From: Camelus ferus
Taxonomy: Eukaryota
Assembly: GCF_009834535.1 (NCBI RefSeq)
Contig: NC_045697.1
Span: forward strand, 82,462,001 to 82,526,000
Reading direction: 5' to 3'
Length of the DNA: 64,000 nucleotides
Of this stretch, positions 55,520 through 64,000 are shown one piece after another (the first letter of the stretch is position 1; every line of letters starts with the position of its first letter). Both the position numbers and the translations under genes were made by a program. The notes beneath the pieces are model-generated. The model ran no database searches. It was not told the DNA's origin and was given only the letters and a program-made list of their open reading frames with translations.

Positions 55520-57185
55520 CAAGATGCTGATGAGATGATACTGTATATAGAAAACCGTAAAGATGCCACAAAAAAAAAAAAACTACTAGAGCTGATAAAT
55601 GAATTCAGCAAGGTTGCAGAATACAAGAATATCATACAGAAATCTGTTTCATTTCTTTATACTAACAAAGAAATATCAGTAAAAGAATGTAGAAAAAACA
55701 ATCACTTAAAATCACATCAAAAAAAAAAAAAATACTTAGGAATAATCCTGACCAAGGATGTGAAAAGCTTATACATGGAGAAGTAAAAAACACCGATTAG
55801 GGAAATTAAAGATGATTTAAAGAAACAGAAAGAAAAATTTTCCTGGGTTGTAAGAATTAATATTGTTAAAATGACCATTGTACCCAAAGCAATCTACAGA
55901 TTCAATGCAATCCCTATCAAAGTACCCAGATCATTTTTCACAGAACTAGAACAAATAATTCTAAAACTTATATGGAAGCACAAAAGACCCAGAATTGCCA
56001 AAGCAATACTGAAGAACAACAAAGCTGGAGGCATAATCTTCCCAGACTTCAGACAGTATTACCAAGCTACAGTAATCAAAACAGTGTGGTACTGGCACAA
56101 AAACAGACATATAGATCAATGGAACAGAATAGAGAGCAAAGAAGTAAACCCACAAAACTATGGTCAATTAATCTTCAACAAAGGAGACAAGGATATACGA
56201 TAGAGAAAAGAGTCTCTTCAGCAAGTGCTGTTGGGAAAGCTGGACAGCCACATGTAAATCAATGAAGTTAGAACACTCCCTTACATCATACACAAAAATA
56301 AACTCAAATGGCTTAAAGGCTTAAATGTAAGACAAGACACCATAAATCTCCTAGAAGAGAACTTAGGCAGAACATTCTCTGATATAAATCGTAAAAATGT
56401 TTTCCTAGGTCAGTCTACCAAGGCAATAGAAATGCAAAAATAAACAACTAGGACCTAATTAAACTTACAAGCTTTTGCACAGCAAAAGAAACTATAAACA
56501 AGCCATAAAGACAGACTACAGAATGGGAGAAAATATTTGCAAATGATGTGATTGACCACCTAGTAATTTCTAGAGTATACAAACAGCTTATACAACTCAG
56601 TAACAAAAAACAGATGACACAATCAGAAAATGAGAAGACCTAAATAGACATTTCTCCATTGAAGACATCCAGATGGCCAATAGGCACATGAAAAAATGCT
56701 TAATATTACTAATTATCTGAGAAATGCAAATCAAAACTACAGTGAGGTATATTTATACAATGGAATACTACTCAGCCATAAAAATAATAAAATAATGCCA
56801 TTTACAGCAACATGGATGGACCCGGAGATTGTCATTCTAAGTGAAGTAAGGCATAAAGAGAAAGAAATTACCACATGATATAACTTATATATGGAATCTA
56901 AAAAGTAGTACAAATGAACTTATTTACAGAACAGAAACATACTCACAGACATAGAAAACAAACTTATGATTACCAAAGGGGAAAGGAGCAGGGATAGATA
57001 AATTAGGAGTTTTGGATTAGCATATAAAACAAATATATATAAAATCGATAACAAGGTCCTATTGTTAGTCCTAGCACAAGGAACTATATTTGATATCTTG
57101 TAATAACCTATAATGAAAAAAATATGAAAAAGAATATATATGCATATATATAACTGAATTACTAAGTTGTACAGCAGAAACATGC
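55520..57185 (+). mobile_element. 5'-truncated L1 (RT C-terminal half plus 3' UTR) with an internal deletion
   Basis: [59 protein letters not shown]...[16 protein letters not shown]. Confidence 0.97.
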
Positions 57186-57589
57186 ACATGTACTAAATAT
57201 TGTTTCAATATGCAACACAGTGGGCCCCTGTGAATGCCTATGGATTTTTCTTTTTTGTGAGGTAATATTTATAACATTAATTAAAGATAAGAAATTAAAA
57301 TTTATGTTTTATTTTCAAATATTTTTATACCAGGATGTCAAATTAAAATTAATTTTGTATACTTGAAATATATTTTGGTATCTGAATGATAAATCAGTAT
57401 AACATAAAGAAACATCAAGAAGTGTGTTACTATTTCAACATCAAGTAAAGTGAGTTAAACTAGTGTTTTAGATATTTAATATAGTCCAGGAAACTACACC
57501 ATCATGGTCCATCTTATTATGAATGTTATAAGATTTTATTATTGAAAATTAAAGTTTCTTGATTAAAGAATAAAGTACAATGTAAATAT

Positions 57590-57727
57590 TCTTGATTTTG
57601 AGCTAGTCAGTGTGGGTTCTAGGTCCAATTCCACCACTATGTCAAGAAACAGTGGGGCAAATATTTGTTTTCTCCCCTTGAAATTCTTCATATGTATAAT
57701 TTGAGATTTGAATTATATAACTTCTAA
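57590..57727 (+). mobile_element. MIR fragment
   Basis: ttttgagctagtcagtgtgggttctaggtccaattccaccactat...gggcaaatatt. Confidence 0.55.
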
Positions 57728-59299
57728 TCCAGCCCTGACCATCAATTACATTATCAAAAATTAATTATGAGTATTTTGAGATGATTTAAAGTTGCAAGCT
57801 TTTAATACGATATAAAAATACATATAATTGGACATACAAATTTTCCATGTTTCTGCTTAACCTTTTAGATACAATAGTCAATACAGTGTATTGAAAAATA
57901 AAGAAAATCAAACTCATTGCAGACATGTGACAGAAATTCAGAAGCTTTTTGTTCTATAAATTACTCAATCACATTTTTTATATCAAGAAATACTTTGTTA
58001 AAAAGAAAAAAAATCTTAATTTAACTCTCATGATAGCAAAATTTTAGGTTCAATAAGTTTTAGAAATACTTTGGGATTTTATCTTGCCCAAATTATATTT
58101 CTTTGCATCTTCTTTGAAATTATTTTGTATTTTATTCATTTAGCTTTGTGTCTCTTATTAATACTTTAGTATTCAGGACCTGTCTCCCCCATGTGGCAGA
58201 TTCTGTCTCATATACTATATTGTTAACTGCCCTTAAGAACTGTGACCAGTTATGATATTTCTGTGTAAGTACATAAGAAGGGACTTAGTGTATACACAGA
58301 GACTGGATATACATGCATGTACTTCTTAAAACTTTATCAACACACACTTCAGAATGTCAAATTCCAAGATGAAAAATATTATGTGTAATATCTACAAAGG
58401 AGAAAGATACCAGTTTGTTTAGCAAGTAAAATATGACAGATGACCGATAGTGCTTAGTAAACGTGGTCTGAATTTTACACAAAGAAAATTCATATCTTGA
58501 GCAAAACAACAGGAAAGGATTAAGAACTGCATTCCCTGTGCTTAAAGTTTACCTTCTCTTTTGGTTGTTTTGTTTCTTCATATTCTCTTTAAACACCTAG
58601 AAACTCAAGTAGGGTAGAAAATTTCACTTTTGAATAACTTTATTCCACTTTGTACTAGTGTCCAGAAAGGAGACAGAAAATGCAGTAACAATGTAGGGAA
58701 AAAAAAACTTAATGTATGGAGTAATTAGTAAAAGAGGATTCACTACACACAAAGTAAAGAAAACCCTAAGGAATTACAGGATAATAAATATAGGGGACAG
58801 TTACGACCTCTAGAGCTATGGAGCAGAAGAGAAAGGATTACACTTGGAAGAGACCCCAGTTCAGACCTCATTGCAGAGTGGGAGGCTGGGGTCACAGGAT
58901 GACAGACAAGTCTTGGAATGGGGTGCAGGCAGAACTCTCTGGAATGTGGGCAGCCCTGGGTCACCTGCCTGCTGTTGGGTGTTGTCACAGGGGTGCCAGC
59001 TGACCTTGCTGAGAAACCGCCTGTTTGGTTGCTGCCAAATGCACTTGTTGCACAAGAGCCAATGAGAAAACTCTAGAAGAGAGTAGAGGACTATGCTGAA
59101 AATTGCTCTTAAAAAACAGCAGAATAAGTCCAACCTGAATATGAAAATACTTAACAAAATGTCCGGGTACATAAGAGCACCAACTACAGGAAAGGGGTTA
59201 AGAGAAACACACATGACTCTTTTACAGAAAATGTACTCACCAATATTTAGAAATGCTACATACGGGAAACTGAACTAGATATGTTTTGTTCTTATCTAG

Positions 59300-59400
59300 T
59301 TGAGTCCTCACCACAGTGCAAGGTAGCTGCTATTATTCCCATTTCACAGTGAAGAATCTGTCTTGGAATTAAATGAATCACTTAAATTCAAACAGTTGAA
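59300..59400 (-). mobile_element. MIR fragment
   Basis: gtcctcaccacagtgcaaggtagctgctattattcccatttcacagtgaagaatctg. Confidence 0.6.
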
Positions 59401-61189
59401 AATTTTCTAACATATACGCTGTTTCCTACGGGCATGGTGCACAGCTGTGGGCATGTCCTCATACAGGGCTGCTTCACTGAAGGTCTACGTGTGACTTCTT
59501 GAATGTTTCTTAGGAATCTGATACCCAGGGATGATTAGCAAAGGTCACTTTACTTTTGATTTGTTTCCTTAAATAACTTACCTTACTTACAGTGTTCTGA
59601 TCACCAGTATTGTGTCGTTACCTTAGAGAAACTGATTTTGTTAAGAAAAATATTTTTAGTGTCAACAAGCAGCATACAACATGTTTCATCTTTACTTCAT
59701 ATTATTTTTAATTTAGAAGTGAAAACATTTTTTCCAACAGAATGTCTCACTTTCTATACTAAATTATATATTTTTGTGGTTTTTCTCAAGATATTAACAG
59801 GGAAATGGTAATGTTAAGCAATACTTTCAATAGCTCTCAAAATGTAGTGGGAATTCTGATTTCATAAGACAAGGATTATTTTTGTTGGTAAAATTACTGT
59901 ACAATTTCCCACAGGATTTCTATATCAGGGTTCATTTTATGATATCCTGGAACAAGGTGCCTGTGTTCCCTTTTGCTGTAAAGTAATGCTGACTACAACA
60001 GTGTAAGGCAGCTCACAGTACGAACATAGACATCCCTTAATGCTGCCATGAATAGTTATGAACTGAGGTGCCCAAATGACTTTGCCAGCAAAGCACTGCC
60101 TCTAATCTATTTTTACAGCAAATGGAAGCTTCATTCTTCATGGTTTGGTAGTTGCATTCAAATATACCAATAATTTCAAATGCAATCACTCCTACACAGC
60201 AAATTTGATTTTAGAACATAAGGGGGAATTGCTAATGTTCTGTTGATGGGTAGACAACTTCTCCATCAGCTTTGTTTCAATCATTTCTTGCTGTTTTAAA
60301 ATTAACTTTAACATAATACTAATTTTTAGTAAAATGTAGGAAGTTTGATTTTGTATAAGAATTTAATATAGTTTCCAAATACATGATACTGAAAAATTAT
60401 AGGCATTCTCTTTTAGAACTCTGGAACTCTGTCATTTATTTCCCAATATTTTCAGTTGCTGGAAGAATTTTTATACAGGAAAAATGGAAATTAAAATATT
60501 TTCATGATTAAGACATATCAAAAGAAGTAAGTAAGAGATATACAAAATTAACAATATCCCTTATAGACAGAATATAGATGCTGGAAAATTATATTACCAT
60601 GTGTGCAAATTTAACTTTTTCCAAGAGGTTATTTCATCTACCACTTTCAAATATAATGACGGTAATTTAACATGTATGTATTTTTATTTATTCCTGAATC
60701 AGAAAATATGATAAAAATAACTTTAATCCTAAATATACAACTCATGACTCCCCAGTCAAATGTTAGTGTTTACCTAAAGAATTCTATATTGAAGTTTTGT
60801 AGGAAAAAAATCAGTTATTTTGCATATGAAATTGTAACAATAACATTATTTAATGACTCATGTAAGCATATGTATAAAGGAGTTTATTCCTTTTTCAAAA
60901 TGCTCCTAGGTGTAAACAGCTGAAGTTTCATGAAAATTAAATAACTAGCAGCACTGTAAGAATGCATAATAATCAAATAGTTAGAGAACAAAATGATGAC
61001 ACATTTTGTCACATAAGAAATAGCATTGCATGTTATGCAACAGAAGATACAGGATAAACCTGCAAGTCAAGAAGACACAACTACTGCTACTAATGCTGTT
61101 GCTGCTGCTGTAAATGCTATATTCTAATTGACACTTACGTGTCCCTAACGTTTTACACTTCTGTACATATAATAACATGTTTGTTCTCA

Positions 61190-61295
61190 CATCCTTATCA
61201 AGAAAATACCATTATTATCCATTTTTAACAGAAGGAAAAACATAAAATCATGTAAATGATATATAATGAGGCCAGGATTTGAACACATTTTGACA
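61190..61295 (-). mobile_element. MIR fragment
   Basis: attattatccatttttaacagaaggaaaa...gaggccaggatttgaacac. Confidence 0.6.
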
Positions 61296-61431
61296 GAGAC
61301 TATCATTTTAATTGTGAAATGTTGAGAATCATGTGTAATAAATTTTAAAAAATTGATTCTTTTACAAACAGTCCATGAGAAGGAAAGGCTGTAAATGAGA
61401 AGCTGGGAAACTCCCTCTTAACACAGACATC

Positions 61432-62563
61432 ATGATGCATCCTCAGGTCGTCGTCTCAAACCTCACACCACTCCTGACAGATATTCTAGTTTCTTATCCA
61501 CAAGGGGATGGGGTGGTGGTCCAGCCTGCAGTGCTGCCCTGCACCTACTCAGTGGTTAACACAGTGGTCACATCGATGCACTGGAGCCAAGGGGGCACGT
61601 CCTGTGTCTTGATGCTCAGATACAATTATCTGGACTGATGGATCCCATGTGACTTTTGAGAAGCAAAGGCTTTATAGGGAAAAGGAATACTTTTTAAAAG
61701 AGAATGTGTCTTTGACCATAGAAAACACAGTCAAGGCCAACAGTGGCCTATATTGTTGCCATATTGAGCACAAGGGGTAGTTTATAACACAACATATCAC
61801 TGGAGGTTAAACCAGCTGGAAACACCAATGCTCCAACGTCATCTAGACTCTGCTCCTCCAAAGCCAACACACAGGCAAGACCATCAACCAGTAACTACAC
61901 CACATTCCCCAACACAACCAACAGAAACCCAGAACTAAGACATTGTGGGAAGCAAGAAGTACATAACCTACCAGCTCACCATTGCACTCTTGCCCAACAG
62001 AAGGGAATGGCAGGGTGACACAGTCTTCAAAAGGCCTTAAGCATAACAATCAAATTCAAGAGTCTCTGGCACAAAATCCATGGATGAGATCCATCAAGAG
62101 ACTCTACGATGGAATTAGAATTTCTGCTGTGATGCTGCAAACATTTTCAGTTGTCATGATTACCAAAGAGTATTTATACATCAGAAAAAAACTGTAGCAA
62201 CTAGACATGATGTCTGAGCACTTGATACCACATTACTGAGGATGATTTTTATGCCATCGATTAAGACTCAGTAGCTCTCTAGGACTTTATGCCCATAACT
62301 GAAGACAATGACCAGATATCAGACTCTTTATAAAGCTTCAGGATTATTTCTGTGTGTCAGTTTCACCCAACATTCCAATATGTCAGTCACGTTGGTTAGA
62401 GTGATTCCTTTAGTTCAAATCTGTGTAGTGTTAATGATGATGCTCATAATATAATCCTTTTTTAATTCTAAAACTGACTCAATATTTCTGGTTGTTGCAT
62501 AGCTCCCTCCCAAACACGACACTTTAGAAGTGTATATTCTCTTTAGACACCATAAATCCTATA
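61432..62563 (+). pseudogene. HAVCR1: Processed (intronless) pseudogene of HAVCR1/TIM-1/KIM-1, including 3' UTR
   Basis: Manual translation across frameshifts gives signal peptide MHPQVVVSNLTPLLTD, IgV domain (LPCTYS...VTSMHWSQG...CSDTIIWTDGSHVTFEK...ENVSLTIENTVKANSGLYCCHIEHKG*F), Thr/Pro-rich stalk, PTSSPLHSCPTEGNGRVTQSSKGL, degenerate TM/juxtamembrane LYDGIRISAVMLQTFSVVMITKEYLYIRKKL*QL and tail TEDDFYAID* (TAA 62262-62264). This is colinear with human TIM-1 as I recall it, with no introns. Lesions include an extra G in the run at 61591-61595, TGA at 61610-61612 and TAG at 61778-61780. Sequence after the stop resembles the HAVCR1 3' UTR. Confidence 0.95.
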
Positions 62564-64000
62564 CCCTCCAAGAGAATATTCAATAGGGAGACAGGAAATG
62601 AATGAACTATCCTGGTCAGCAAAGCTGTCAAGAAGAGAGAAATAGTAAAGTCAACAAATGTGATTTGAGACCTAAAAAGCTTCTCTTGGAAGCATTTCAT
62701 GATTATTTCTTTCCTTTTTTTTCTATTATAGCTCTAAATGTTATATTCCTTGGGTTTTCAACTATTAGAGATAATCATTTCCATACCTACCTTGGCATAC
62801 AGTGGTATTCTAATGAGATGGTACTTGTGAGAAGTATTTGAAAAGTAAAAAAACACTAGGAAATCCAAGGGTTTTGTTTGTTTGTTTGTTTAAAGTTTTC
62901 AGTAACAGTATGTCTAACACTAGTGCTTGGTAAATTTCAATGATGTTGCATTTGTTAGTCTCCTGCTATTTGATACTTCTTATTTTTTTAAATATTAGTG
63001 TTTTGTTTTTGAAAAAATTGGTGTTGCATAATTTGGCTACCATCTTACACTGTAGATAAAATTTGTCAATAGCTGAGAAGTAGAATGGGTAAGAGGGAAG
63101 TGTTTAGTTATTATGAAAATCTTCTGTAAATATACCATTCTTGTAGAATATATCAAATTTTGTTTGTTTTTGATCTTTCAAGTCACAATTGAGATTTCAT
63201 TATCTAGTCTGTCTTGGGACATTAAACATCGATGAAATTAAGACTAAATTTAAATGAAAAAAAATTTTGCACATCTTTGAAAAGTAGCAGAAACAATCTT
63301 TCACTGATGGATATAAAGGTGGATGGAATAATTTTGTGAATAAATGAAAGTGAAAGACTTATAGTAATTATCTAATTTCATTTGTATGTAAACTCACTAT
63401 TAAAATGTTTTTAATTTTTTAATTGATTTTTTTACTTGTTATACTTTTTAATACCCACAGTTCTAAATCGTCATCTTTGGACTGTTTCCTTCAGTGTTTC
63501 TAACCCTTCAGAGAAGTCTTTTGCCTGAATTAAAAGTGGGAAGTAACTGGCATTAAAAAAATAAACAAATAAAATAATAGATGTTAACATTGTGAAAAAT
63601 CATGTTTTTTCAGTGAAATGGATGGATTGTATCTTGGCCATCACCGAGGATACTAGAAATCATTTCCTCCCTGAGAAACATAGCATTTCAGTGTGTAGAA
63701 GAGCTATTTTGAAAATACTTTATATGATTCTAAATTATTCACAAAAACTTTGACTGACTTATGTCTGATATTTTGAATATTTGTTTTGATCACATGAGAA
63801 TATTAATTATTTCACATCAGATTCTACTTGATTGTTTTAGATTAATTGATTTTATATACATACACACATACACAACTAGCCTGAGAGATAAATTATCAAA
63901 TATATAGTAACAAGTGTTATTTTATTAACACTTTGAATAAAAACAGATGTTTTTAATCTAAACAATGCATTTGCTTTCCTTTCAAAAAAATTAACATTCA

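Noticed and set aside
60190..60290. Minus-strand frame QEMIETKLMEKLSTHQQNISNSPLCSKIKFAV*
   Set aside because: Poor polypyrimidine tract and no recognisable homology.
1..64000. CRISPR arrays, tRNA/rRNA genes, operons or an intact autonomous retroelement
   Set aside because: No repeat-spacer periodicity or structured RNA gene seen; the DNA is mammalian, and every L1 and ERV frame is truncated or disrupted.

Overview
AT-rich mammalian genomic DNA dominated by transposable-element remnants: several generations of L1 (some nested), L2, MIR, MaLR and ERV1 LTRs, and two broken ERV1 proviruses. I recognised no Alu, BovB/Bov-tA, PRE-1 or Can-SINE copies, and the style of the young L1 3' ends suggests a camelid; the species call is inference. 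I could not confirm any intact protein-coding gene, and the supplied ORF track is mostly L1/ERV debris or chance ORFs. The one clearly identifiable gene-derived sequence is an intronless, disabled retrocopy of HAVCR1 (TIM-1/KIM-1) at about 61.4-62.56 kb on the + strand. Other points of interest: an unexplained ~1.17 kb insert with a CpG-rich end inside an L2, an L1 with target-site duplications that enclose a probable short 3' transduction, an env-deleted ERV inside an L1, and a mini-L1 in which the 5' UTR is fused to the 3' end. L1 orientation also switches near 25-37 kb, and candidate minus-strand micro-exons lie beyond the switch. I found no convincing evidence of a wholly new biological system. 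Repeat family names come from recalled consensus similarity, not from a database search, and most repeat boundaries are approximate.
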